The notes below the pieces were generated by a model that was not told the DNA's origin, did no database searches, and was given only the letters and a program-made list of their open reading frames with translations. DNA of 64,000 nt. It comes from the human T2T-CHM13v2.0 reference genome, Homo sapiens. Location of the stretch: the NCBI RefSeq assembly GCF_009914755.1, contig NC_060937.1; one strand, 5' to 3'. Position 1 is the stretch's first letter; every line of letters begins with the position of its first letter. Shown here piece by piece: positions 47,473-64,000 of the stretch. A program made the position numbers and the translations under genes.

Positions 47473-48047
47473 TGACGAGGCTTGAGTAGGTAAACAAAGC
47501 GGCCAGGAAGCTCAAACTGTGTGGAGCCTGTTGCAGCTCAAGGAGGCCTGGCTGCCTCTGTAGACTCCAACTCTGGGGGCAGGGCATGGCCAAACAAAAG
47601 GCAGCAGAAACCTCTGCAGACTTAAATGTCCCTGTCTGACAGCTTTGAAGAAAGTAGTGGTTCTCCAGGCATGGAGTTTGAGATCTGAGAATGGACAGAC
47701 TACCTCTTCAAGTGGGTCCCTGACCCCTGAGTAGCCTAACTGGGAGGCATCCCCAAGTAGGGGCAGACTGACACCTCACACGGCCGGCTACCCCTCTGAG
47801 ACGAAGCTTCCAGAGGAATGATCAGACAGCAACATTTGCTGTTCAGCAATATTCACTGTTCTACAGCCTCTGCTGCCAATACCCAGGCAAACAGGGTCTG
47901 GAGTGGACCTCCAGCAAACTCCAAGAGACCTGCAGCTGAGGGTCCTGACTGTTAGAAGGAAAACTAACAAACAGAAAGGACATCCACACCAAAACCCCAT
48001 CTGTATGTCACCATCATCAAAGACCAAAGATAGATAAAACCACAAAG

Positions 48048-49063
48048 ATGGGGAAAAAACAGAGCAGAAAAGCTGAAAATTCTAAAAATAAGAGCGCCTC
48101 TCCCCCTCCAAAGGAACGCAGCTCCTCGCCAGCAACGGAACAAAGCTGGATGGAGAATGACTTTGATGAGTTGAGAGAAGAAGGCTTCAGACGATCAAAC
48201 TTCTCCAAGCTGAAGGAGGAAGTTTGAACCCATCGCACAGAAGCTAAAAACCTTGAAAAAAGATTAGATGAATAGCTAAGTAGAATAACCAGTGTAGAGA
48301 AGTCCTTAAATGACCTAATAGAGCTGAAAACTATGGCACGAGAACTATGTGACGAATGCACAAGCTTCAGTAGCCGATTCGATCAACTGGAAGAAAGGGT
48401 ATCAGTGATTGAAGATCAAATGAATGAAATGAAGCGAGAAGAGAAGTTTAGAGAAAGATGAGTAAAAAGAAACTATCAGAGCCCCCAAGAAATATGGGAC
48501 TATGTGAAAAGACCAAATCTACATTGATTGGTGTACCTGAAAGTGATGGGGAGAATGGAACCAAGTTGGAAAACACTCTGCAGGATGTTATCCTGGAGAA
48601 CTTCCCCAACCTAGCAAGGCAGGCCAACATTCAAATTCAGGAAATACAGAGAATGCCACAAAGATACTCCTCCAGAAGAGCAACCCCAAGACACATAATT
48701 GTCAGATTCACCAAAGTTGAAATGAAGGAAAAAACGTTAAGGGCAGCCAGAGAGAACGGTCGGGTTACCCACAAAGAGAAACCCATCAGACTAACAGCGG
48801 ATCTCTTGGCAGAAACTCTACAAGCCAGAAGAGAGTGGGGGCCAATATTCAACATTCTTAAAGAAAATAATTTTCAACCCAGAATTTCATATCCAGCCAA
48901 ACCAACCTTCATAAGTGAAGGAGAAATAAAATCCTTTACACACAAGCAAATGCTGAGAGATTTTGTCACCACCAAGCCTGCCCTACAAGAGCTCCTGAAG
49001 GAAGCACTAAACATGGAAAGGAACAACCAGTACCAGCCACTGCAAAAACATGCCAAATTGTAA
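48048..49063 (+). pseudogene. L1 ORF1p, disrupted
   Basis: ATG GGG AAA AAA CAG start; premature stops near 48226 and 48273 plus frameshift; C-terminal half intact (LIGVPE...ARREWG...YPAK...QPLQKHAKL). Confidence 0.93.
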
Positions 49064-49126
49064 AGACCATCGATGCTAGGAAGAAATTGCATCAACTGGC
49101 AAGCAAAATAACCAGCTAACATTATA

Positions 49127-52913
<3,787 letters not shown>

Positions 52914-54975
52914 ACAATGAGAACACTTGGACACAGGAAGGGGAACATCATACATCGGATCCTGTTGTGGGATGGGGGGAGGGGAGAGGGATAGCATTAG
53001 GAGATATACCTAATGTAAATGACGAGTTAATGGGCGCAGCACACCAACATGGGACATGTATACATATGTAACAAACCTGCATGTTTTGCACATGTACCCT
53101 AGAACTTAAAGTGTAATAATAATTTAAAAAAGAATATTGTGATCCTCTGGTTTTTCCTGAAAAAATGTATCCATGTTTTAATACAGGTATAGTTCCTCTT
53201 CACTGCTGTGTATTGTTACATCATAGCATCATGTTTTCATCCTTTCTTCTGTTGATGGACATTTGGGTTGCTTGCAGTTTTTTGTTGTTATGACAGTGTC
53301 TTTGTGAACATTCTTGTATATAACCCCTGCTGTGTGAAGCTTTTTCTACCATTTATATATGGTAAGAGACAGGGTCCAGTTTCATCCTTCTGTGTATGGA
53401 CATCCAGTTTTCACAGCACTATTTATTAAAGAGACTGTCCTTTTCCCTATTTGTATTCTTGGCACCAGTGTTGAAATCAATTGACCGTATATGTGAGTTC
53501 ATTTTTGGGCCTTCTATTGGTGAGTCTTTTTTTGTGTGAGTATCATGTTGTTTTCATTACTATCACTTTATAGTATCGTTTGAAGTTAGGTAGTGTGATA
53601 CCTCCCACTGTGTTCTTTTTCTTCGTGATTGCTTTGGTTTTGTTTTGTTTTTTTTTTCAGTTCCAGATGAATTTTAGGATTGTTTTCTCTTCATGAAAAA
53701 TGACTTTGAAATCTTGATAGGTATTATATTGACTCTTTAGCATGCCTTGTGTAGCATGGACAATTTAACAATATTAATTATTCCTGTCTATGAACATTGT
53801 TTTTTTCATTTATTTGCATCTTTTTCCATTTCTTTCTTTAACATTTTATAGTTTTCAGTGTACATGTCTTTCACCTCCTTAGTTCAATTTATTCCTATTT
53901 TATTTTATTTGTAGCTATTGTAAATGGGATTTTTCTCTTGATTTCTTTTTCAGAATGTTCATTGTTAGTGTATAGAAATGTTCCTGATTTTTGTTAGTTG
54001 ACTTTAGATTTTGCAACTTTATTGTATTTATTAGTTCTGAGTTTTTTGGTGGAATATTTAGGGTTTTCTCTATATAAGATCATGTTGTCAGCAGTGATTG
54101 TTTCATTTTGTACTTTCCAATTTGGATGCCTTTTATTTCTTTCTCTTGCAGAATTGCTCTGGCAAGGAATCCAACATTCAATAGACATGTTGGATTTTTG
54201 TCAGATGCTTTTCCTACGTCTAATGAGATCATATAGTTTTTGTCTTTCATTCTGTTAATATAGTGTATCACATTTATTGATTTCCATATGTTGAACTATC
54301 CTTGCATCCCAGGGATAAATGCCACTTCATCTTGGTGAATGATTCTTTTGATGTGGTGGCAAATTCAATTTGCTGTATTATTGAGGATTTTTGCATCTGT
54401 GTTCATCAAGGATATTGGCTTGCAGTATTTTTTTTTTTTGTGATGTCCATGTTTGGTTTTTGCATCAGAGTAATACTGGCTTCATAAAAGGATCCCTTCC
54501 TCTTTTATTTTTTTTGAAGGCGTGTCTAAAAAATTCATGTCAGTTCTTCATTACAGCATTTGGTACAATTAAACAGTGGAGCCATCTAGCCTTGGGATTT
54601 TCTTTAATAGAAGACTTCTTATTACTGATTCAATCTCCTCACTTGTTAGTGGTCTATTTAGATTTTCTATTTTTCGTGATTCAGTCCTAATAAGTTGTAT
54701 ATATGTAGAAATTTATCCACTTATTCTAGGTTATCCATTTTTGGGGAATATAATTTGTTCATAATGTTCTCTTATGGTCCTTTGGATTTCCGTGCTGTCA
54801 GTTGTAATATTGCCTCTTTCATTGCTGATTTTATTTATTTTGAGTCGTATTTTGGGTTATCTCTCTAGTCTAGCTAAAGGTTTGTCAATTTTGTTTGTCT
54901 TTTAAAAAATCCAACTCTTAGTTTTGTTGATCTTTTGTACTATTTTTCTAGTCTTTATTTTATTTATTTCTGCTC

Positions 54976-55328
54976 TGTATTAGTCCGTTTTCATGCTGTT
55001 GATAAAGCACACCCAAGATTGGGAAGTAAAAGAGGCTTATTTGGACTTACTGTTCCTCATGGCTGGGGAGGCCTCAGAATCATTGTGCGATATGAAAGGC
55101 ATTTCTTACATGGCTGCAGCAAGAAAAAAATGAGGAAGAAGCAAAAGCAGAAATCCCCAGTAAATGCATCAGATCTTGTGAGACTATTCAGTATCACCAG
55201 AATAGCACAGGAAAGACTGGCCCCTGTGATTCAATTACCTCCCCCTGGGTCCCTCCCACAACATGTGGGAATCCTGGGAGATACAATTCAAGATGAGATT
55301 TGGGTGGGGACACAACCAAACCATATCA
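54976..55328 (-). mobile_element. THE1A-like solo LTR
   Basis: TGTATTAGTCCGTTTTCATGCTG...AACCATATCA with perfect 5-bp TSD TGCTC. Confidence 0.93.
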
Positions 55329-56278
55329 TGCTCTGATCTTAATTATTTCTTTCCTTTCACTCATAGTGAGCTTAGTTTATTCTTCTTTTTCTGTTTCCTT
55401 GAGGCATAATATTAAGTTGTTTCTCTGAGATCATTCTTCTTTCTTAGCATAGGCATTTATTGCTGTAAAAACTTTCCTCTTGCAACTGTTTTTGCTGCAT
55501 CCCATGAGCTTTGGTATGTTGTGTTTCCTTTTTTGTTTGTTTCAATATATTTTTAAATTTTCCTATAATTTATTTATTGATCCATTGGTTGTTCCGAAGG
55601 ATGTTTAATTTTTATGTATTTGTGAATTTTTGTTTTGAAATTTCTCCTGTTACTGAATTCTAGTTTCATACCATTGTAGTCAGAAAAGGTGCTTGGTATG
55701 ATTCCAGTTTTATTAAATTTTCTAAGACTTGTCTTGTGGCCTGTCATATGATCTGTCTTGGTGAATGCTTCATATGTGCTTGAGAAGAATGTGTACTCTG
55801 TTGTTGTTGGATGGAATGTTCCATATCTGTCTGTTAAGTCCATTAGGTTTAAAGTGTTGTTTAAGTCCAATGTTCCCTTATTAATTTTCTGTCTTGATGA
55901 CCTATTATTGAAAGTGGAGTATTGAAGTCCCTTGCTGTTATTATATTGGAATCTATCTCTCCCTTAAGATTCTTTAATATTTGCATTATATATTTAGGGG
56001 CTCCAATGCTGGGTGCATGTGTATTTACAATTGATATATCCTCTTGATGAATTGAACCCATTGTTATTATATAATGTCCTTCTTTGTCTCTTTTTCTAGT
56101 TTTTTACTTATAAAGTCTGTTTTGTCTGATTTAAGTATAGCTACCTCTGCTCTTCTTTGCTTTCCATTTGAGTGAAATATCTTTTTCTATCTCTTCACTT
56201 TCAGTCTATATGCACCCTTGAAAATGAGATGAATGTTTTGTAGGCATTATATAGTTTAGCCTTTAAAAAAAGCATTTA

Positions 56279-56594
56279 GGGCTGGGCAAGGTGGCTCACA
56301 CCTGTAATCCCAGCACTTTGGAAGGCCGAGGCAGGTAGATCACGAGGCGAGGTCAGGAGTTCAAGACGATCCTGGCCAAGATGGTGAAACCCCATCTCTA
56401 CTAAAAATACAAAAAAATTAGCCAGGTGTGGTGGTGGGCGCCTGTAATCCCAGCTGCTTGGGAGGCTGAGGTAGAGAATTGCTTGAACCTGGAAGGTGGA
56501 GGTTGCAGTGAGCCAAGATCGTGCCTCTGTACTCCAGCCTGGGCAACAGAGTGAGACTCCATCTCAAAAAAAAAAAAAAAAAAACCACACAAAA
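56279..56594 (+). mobile_element. Alu (AluS-like)
   Basis: Full dimer; degenerate TSD ending CATTTAG. Confidence 0.95.
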
Positions 56595-57513
56595 GAATCA
56601 TTTAGTCACTCTGTCTTTTTATTAGGGAATTTAATCAATTTACATTCAAGGTAATTATTGATAGATAGGCAAGGACTTAGTATTTTGTCAGTTTTGTTCT
56701 GGTTGTTTTAAGATACTTTGTTCCTTTTTCCATTCTTGCAGCCTTCCTTTGTGGTTTGATCGTTTTCTGTAATGACGTGCTTTGAATCCATTCTATTTTT
56801 CTTTGTCTACTATAGATTTTTGCTTTGTAGTTACTATAAGGTTCACATGGAGCATATTATACTTCTGGCAGTCTATTTCAAGCTGATAAAAACTCAAGTT
56901 TGATTACATGCAACAACACTACACTTCTCTTTCCCCCATTTTATGTTTTTAATGTCAGAATTTGTCATTTTGTAATATGTATTCCTTCGTAATTTATTTT
57001 AGCTATAGTTGTTATTAATAGTTTTGTCTTTTAACCCTTGTACAAGGAATAAAGTTGCCTTATGCACTGCCATTACAGTCTTAGAGTATTCTGAATATAG
57101 CTCTGTATTACTTATACCATTAACTATTATGTTATTAATTCACAGCCTTTTGTTTCAGCTTAAAAAATTCCCTTTAGCAATTTCTGTAAAGCAGACCTAA
57201 TGATGATAAACTTCCTTAGCTTTTGTTTGTCTGGAAAAGTTTCTGTTTCTGCCTCATTTTGGAAAGACAGCTTTGCTATGTAAAATATTTTTGGTTGGCA
57301 GATTTTTTCCCCCTTCACTTTGAATATATCATCCCACTCTTAGTCTGCTGGATTTCTACTAATAAATTTGCCAAGATAGTCATATTGGGACCCCTTTGTA
57401 TGTAATGTATTTCTTATCTCTTGCTGTTCTTAGAATTTCTTCTTTGTCTTTGATTTAGATAGTTTGATTATTATGTGTGTTAGTGAATGCCTCTTTGGGT
57501 TGAAGTTGATTAG

Positions 57514-57984
<471 letters not shown>

Positions 57985-58202
57985 TGATGATATCCCATAA
58001 TTTTCATAGTCTTTCTTTATTCTTTTTTCTTTTTATTTCTCTAATTGGATAATTTCAAAGTTCTGTCTTTAAGCTCATTTATTCTTTTCTCAGATTAATT
58101 GAGCCTGGTGTTGAAACTTTCTCTTGCATTTTCCAGTTCAGATATTGCTTCTTCATCTCTATGATTTCTTTCTTTTACAAAAAATTGTTTCCATTTCTTT
58201 GT

Positions 58203-58837
58203 CAGTCTTGCCATTTGGATTGGTTCCAGGACCCTCCTCTCCCCCATGTATACCAAAATCTGCAGATGCTTAAGTCTCTTCTATAAAATGGTGAGTAGGC
58301 TGGGTGTGGTGACTCACGCCAGTAATTCTAGAACTTTGGGAGGTCAAGGCAGGTGGATCACAAGGTCAAGAGATTGAGACTATCCTGGCCAACGTAGTGA
58401 AACCCTGTCTCTACTAAAAATACAAAGATTAGCTGGGTGTGGTGGTGTGCACCTGTAGTCTCAACTACTTGGGAGGCTGAGGCAGGAGAATTGCTTGAAC
58501 CTGGGAGGCAGAGGTTGCAGTGAGCCTAGATCACGTCACTGCACTCCAGCCTGGCAACAGAGTGATATTCCATCTCAAAACCAAAACAAAACAAAACAAA
58601 AATGGAATAGTTTTTGTATAAAGCCTATGCACATCCTCCCATAGACTTTAAATAATCTCTAGATTACATGTAATACGTAATGCAATGAAAATGCTATGTA
58701 AATACTTGTTATATTGTATTTTTAAGTTTGTATCATTTTTTATTGTTGTGGGTTTTGTATTGTTTCTTTCTGAATATTCTTGATCTGCTGTTGGTTGAAT
58801 CCACAGATGTGGAACCCATGAATATGGCGGGCTGACT
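58203..58837. mobile_element. MER2 (Tigger-type MITE) interrupted by an Alu
   Basis: GATTGGTTCCAGGACCC...ATACCAAAATC, CTTTAAATAATCTCTAGATTAC, GGTTGAATCCACAGATGTGGAACCCATG. Confidence 0.88.
58298..58602 (+). mobile_element. Alu (AluSc-like) inside MER2
   Basis: AAGGTCAAGAGATTGAGAC, (CAAAA)n tail, TSD starting AAAATGG. Confidence 0.95.
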
Positions 58838-61076
58838 ATTATGACTGTATTCTTGCAGTTCATGGAATTTCTTTAAGAGGATTTTTCTAAATTTTTTGTC
58901 ATCATTTTATTGATCTCCCTTTCATTAGGGTCAATTTTTGGAGCTTTGTCAGTTTCTTTTGGAGATGTCATGATTTCTTCCTGAGTCCATGTAATCCTTG
59001 TGTCCTTGCGTTGGTGTTTGTGTACTTGAGATAACAACCTTTTCCAGCTTTCACAGGCATTCTTTGGAACAGACCCTTATTATGTAGTTTAACCTGCAAT
59101 TCTGGTTGGGCTAGCTGGTAACAGCCTTGGGCAGGCAGAGCTTATTTTGGAGTTCTCTAAATGTCTGGGGTGCTGCCTTTACCTTGAATTCACATGGGGC
59201 AGCTGGCTGGACTGAGCTTCACAATCAGGCTGAGCTGCTGGATGGGCACTACAGTAGCCTCAGATCAGGCCAGGGTGTGTTCTCTGCTCAAGTGGTACCA
59301 CTATTTGAGTTCTGCAGTTGGCCAGGGTTGTGGGAGGGGCCTCAAAGTTAAGTGGAGACACTGAGATGGACAAGACCAGATGCTATGCACAATGGAAATG
59401 CATGGTTGAAGTTTTCCTTCCTGCCTGTGTGGGGCCTTAGGGTGAGTTAAGTGTTGAGGTTAAGTGCTGTGTAAACTTTCCCTCTGCTGTCCCTGCTCTT
59501 CAATGAAGTTTGCTGCATTGGTTGTCTCCCTGCCTGGGTAGGGTCTTGGGGTAAGCTTTGAGGTCACACCAGGTGTTGTTAGACTCCCAGGTGTGGCACA
59601 ACTAGCTTTCCATTTTGCTGCAATTCCCTGTGGTGGTTGTTGTCCTCCATGGGCAGGGCCCTCAGGTAGAGTCCAAGGCTGGTCCTGGATTGTGCCTGTC
59701 TAGGAATTCAAGCCAGGTAGCACTTTCCACCTCTTCCAGGAGTGATCAGCTCAGCTTTGCCTGTGAGCTACACTGTTAGCTGGTACCTCTAATCAGGTAC
59801 TTTTGCTGCCAGGTACACAAAGCTACCACCAAGATCTGTACACTCATTGCTTTGTTTCCACCTGACCCCAGGTGGTCTAGTTGTGCTGTATTCCGCTGTG
59901 TTCCCTTTGAGGTGAGACCAGAGTGGACTTCCTAAGAAGCATCTTGGAATGCTAGGGAAGCTGGATATTTGCTTTCGGGTTCTCTTTTCCCTCTGTAGAA
60001 ACCATGGTTTTTGGGAAATCCCGTCTGTGAGGCCCTGGGCCAACTTGAGGGATGGGGTGGGGCAATGTTGTCAAAGTGAGATAGTTTCTCTCACCCTTTC
60101 CATGCGGCTTTTATTCCATGCTGTGGACCACACAAGTGACTCTGACTTATTCCTAACTTGGGGAGTTTTCACCAAGGCGTTCTTGTCTGTGGATAGTTGC
60201 TAGTTGAACTTTTTGTGGGGTAGGGGGGTAGTGAAACCTGTGACCTCCTATCCCACCATCTTGCTGATTTCGTCTGAATTCTCTTTGTACATTAGTTTTG
60301 TGATCTAGGAACTCTGAACTCTCTTATTAATTCTAATATGTAGATTATTCTGGATTTTTAAATGTAAACAAAAATACCACTTCTGAATAACAGTTTGGAT
60401 ATACCCTTCCAGTTTTTATGGTCTATTTCTTTTTCTCGACCTATCTAGCTTACTAGAACCTCCACTGCAAAATAGAAGTAGTGTTGGGGCCAAACAGAAG
60501 TAGCGTTAAGGGTACTTCAGCTTTTTTTCCAATTTGAATTCTACTAATGTTTTACATTTAAGGATGATGCTTATTGTAGATTTTCTGTAAGTACTGTTTA
60601 TCAGGTTATTATGAACATTGTTTCGAGTGTATCAACTAATTTTCCTGTATTTATTGACATGATCTTATGGTTTTTCTTTTTTAATCTTTTGATTTGTGAA
60701 CTACATTCAATAATTTCCCAATGTTAAACCAATCTAGCTTTCCTAGAAATAGCCAACTTGGTCATGATGTGTTACTTTTTAAAATACATTATTTGATTTT
60801 GTTTTAGGTATTTGTTTAAAATTTTATATCCATATTTGAATGTAATTTGCCTATAGTGTTCATTTTTCTGCATTGTCCTTATTGGATTATGGTACCACAG
60901 TTACATTATCCATAATAATGAGTTAGGGAAGCTTTCCCTCTTTATCTCCTTTGACTTAGTTTATGTAAAGCTGAAATTATTTCTTCCTTGAATGCTTGAT
61001 AGAACTCACTTGAAATTTTCTTTGTGAGAAAATTTAAACTACTAAGTCAACTTCTTTAATTATTATAAGATTATTC

Positions 61077-61370
<294 letters not shown>

Positions 61371-61964
61371 TCATACATTCTCATTTCTTAGAAGTCAGGC
61401 TGTTATAGTAAGCTTTTTTTTCTGCAGATTTATTTTATTAAATTTTCAAATTTATTGGCCTAAAGTTGTTCACACCTATCATCTTTTTTATTTATGACTA
61501 TAGCATCTCTCAGTTTTATTCAAGTTATATATTTCAGATTTTATTTATTAGAGAATTGTGATCAGGGGAGTTTATTAGATTTTTCAAAGGACAACCTTTT
61601 GCCTTTGTCCAACAGACATTTTAGGTATGTGAATTATACCTGTTAATTTTGCTCTTATCTATTGTGGTATTAGTATTTTTCTTGTCAGTGTCTTCTAAAG
61701 TATGTCTTTATATATTTAAGGTATTCATTATTTAACTGATATCTTGGTTATAAATAATTATCTCTGTTTTTCTTTAATTTTGATTTTAGTCAATTTTTTG
61801 TTTATAATTTTGTTTATTACTTTTGTACTTAGAATCATCCTTTATTTAGAAATGAAAGATTAAAAAAAATTTTTTAACATTAGTTTTATTTGTATCTCTA
61901 ACTGTAATCAAACTATGTCTCTGATCTGGAATTTTATTCCGACCTATGATGTTAAGACTTCAAA

Positions 61965-62157
61965 TCTATGGTTGAAAATTCCAGCTTTATGATAGAATCA
62001 CCTGAAGTGCTTTTTAGAGACATTTGCCCAGTTCCCTTCAGTTCCCTTCCGCACTCACTAAATGTAGGGGTGGGATGGGGTGGTAAAATCTCAGAATATT
62101 TAAAAAATATATATCATAGACAGTTCTTGATGCACAATCAGGTTTGGAAACCACTGA
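61965..62157. mobile_element. MER5-type hAT MITE
   Basis: TAGAATCACCTGAAGTGCTTT...TTCTTGATGCAC...GGTTTGGAAACCACTG. Confidence 0.65.
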
Positions 62158-62734
62158 TTTAAATATATTTATTTTCCAAATAGCTACCTGATTGTTCCAG
62201 CGCCATTCATTGAGCAAGCTTTTTCCTTATTACTGGTTTGGGATTCCTCCTTTACCATGTGTGTTAAACTCCAGAGTATGCTGGGGGTTGTTCTGTGGCT
62301 CATTGGTTCTATTAGCAGTCTTGTGCCAGCGTCACAGACTTAGTGATTCAAACTTTATGACATATTTTAATGTTTATTAATGCTAGACCTCCCTCTTCCT
62401 TATTCTTATTTTTTAAAACGTATCTCATCTTTCTCCTCAAAAAATTTAGGATATTTTTCATTTAAACATGTTATTCAGAACAAGGTTGGTTGTATGTGAT
62501 CATCTTTTCCATGTCATTTCCACTGCTTTGTTGTTAAGATAATTTCTTCTGTGTGTAAACTTGTGTTGTTACATAATTATTTTCTTTGAGTTTGTGAGAA
62601 ATACGTAATTTCCTTGATTTTCTAACTGGCTCTTATTGGTGCATAGGAAAGTTCCTGATTTTCTTTCAGTAGAGTTTTTAAAGCGCACTCTGCCTTTTGG
62701 CTCTGCTGAGATTCTTTCAGTTCCTGGATTGTGT

Positions 62735-63645
62735 CTCTTGTCCTTGCACTGACTGTGCCATTCTTCCTTTTATTTGGAATGTTCTTCATCACTGCCCACA
62801 CTCCCACCTGTACCTAATGATTTCTTAAGCTTTAGATTTCTGCTGAATCATCCCTTCCCCAGGATGTTCCTTCAGACTTTTCACTAGGTCATGACCTCCT
62901 GCTGTGTACTTCATCACAATCTACATCTTCTGTTACAGTGCTCTGTTTCAGTGCAATCACTCTTCCCTGCTGGATTGTAAACGTCTTCAGGTCCAGGAAG
63001 GTTTTTTGTTTTGTTTAAGTCTTTAAACCATCTGAGTTAATTTTTGTCTATGGTGTAAGGAAGGGATCCAGTTTCAATCTTTTGCATATGGCTAGCCAGT
63101 TATCCCAGCACCGTTTATTGAATAGGGAGTCCTTTCCAGACTGGATAAAGGTGGTACATATACACCATGGGATACTATGCAGTCATAAAAAAGAATGAGA
63201 CCATGACCTTCGCAGGAACATGGGTGGAGCTGGAGTTATTAGCCTTAGCAAACTAATGTAGGAACAGAAAACCAAATACCACATGTTCTCATTTATAAGG
63301 AGGAGCTAAAGGATGAGAACACATGGACACATAGAGGGGAACAACAGACACTGGGGCTTACTGGAGGGTGGAGAGTGAGAGGAAGGACAGGATCAGAAAA
63401 TACAACTAATGGGTACTAGGCTTAACACCTAGGTGATTAAATAATATGTATAAGAAACCCCCATGACTCAAGTTTACCTATATATCAAACCTGCCCATGT
63501 AATCCTGAACTTTAAAATAAAAGTTAAATTAAAAACAAGATTTTTGTTTTTGTTTTTGCTGTTGTCTCCTTAATCAGGAGAGCAGACCGCACACAATGGG
63601 TATTTAATAAATTGCTTAAATGAATGCATGAATGCTTGCTTCAGC
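62735..63645 (+). mobile_element. L2 3' region, split by an inverted L1
   Basis: TGGAATGTTCTTC...CTGGATTGTAAAC, resuming to AATAAATTGCTTAAATGAATGCATGAATG. Confidence 0.7.
63017..63537 (+). mobile_element. 5'-truncated, 5'-inverted older L1PA element
   Basis: 63017-63137 antisense ORF2 piece; 63138-63537 sense 3' end with AATAAA; TSD-like AAG(G/A)TTTTT(T)GTTTT on both sides. Confidence 0.88.
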
Positions 63646-64000
63646 AACATAACTTTGGCAATGTGGAGATTGTGGTGGAATAGGAGAGAAGATGTAGAGA
63701 AGCCAAATGAAATCTGTTCCAACTTTTCAGGCAGAGGAGGATAAGCATATGAGCTAAGGTAGACTTACTCAGGATAGAGGGTAAGGGTTAGCTTTCAGAG
63801 TGAAGAGGTGTGATTGGCATCAATTAGGTGCTGACTGGATGCTGGCGAGAGAGAGAGAACCAGGTGAATGGGATACCTCTGGAGGAGCTGGCCTTGGGAA
63901 GAAAGGTGAGGGAAAGGTGGGGACATTTGCTTTCCTCCCTGTACACTGTGAAGGTAAGGCATGAGGGAGAATGCCCCTCAGAAACTGTTGTTTGCCTCAA

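Overview
This window is primate, most likely human, genomic DNA. It is AT-rich, CpG-depleted and dominated by interspersed repeats. I count 15 Alu elements, one near-full-length but inactivated L1PA4-6-like LINE-1 (+, ~47058-53131), a 3'-truncated L1PB-like element (-, ~19507-25976), several older L1M/HAL1, L2 and MIR fossils, MaLR/ERV solo LTRs (THE1, MST, MLT1, MER21) and DNA-transposon fossils (a Charlie/Buster transposase remnant, MER1B, MER2, MER3, MER5, MER58, Tigger3/4). I recognise no host protein-coding exon, RNA gene, CRISPR array or CpG island. The ORFs with recognisable homology are broken L1 ORF0/1/2, a transposase scrap or Alu-derived frames; the rest look like chance. Antisense bias of old L1s and LTRs hints at an intron of a + strand gene (inference). 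I found no convincing new biological system. The notable items are structural: a palindromic AT-rich array at a deletion junction, a templated ~98-bp insertion inside an L1, an Alu+L1 pair sharing one target-site duplication (TSD), two twin-priming L1 inversions and a repeatedly reused insertion site. Subfamily calls are by eye from remembered consensus sequences, and boundaries are approximate unless a TSD is quoted.
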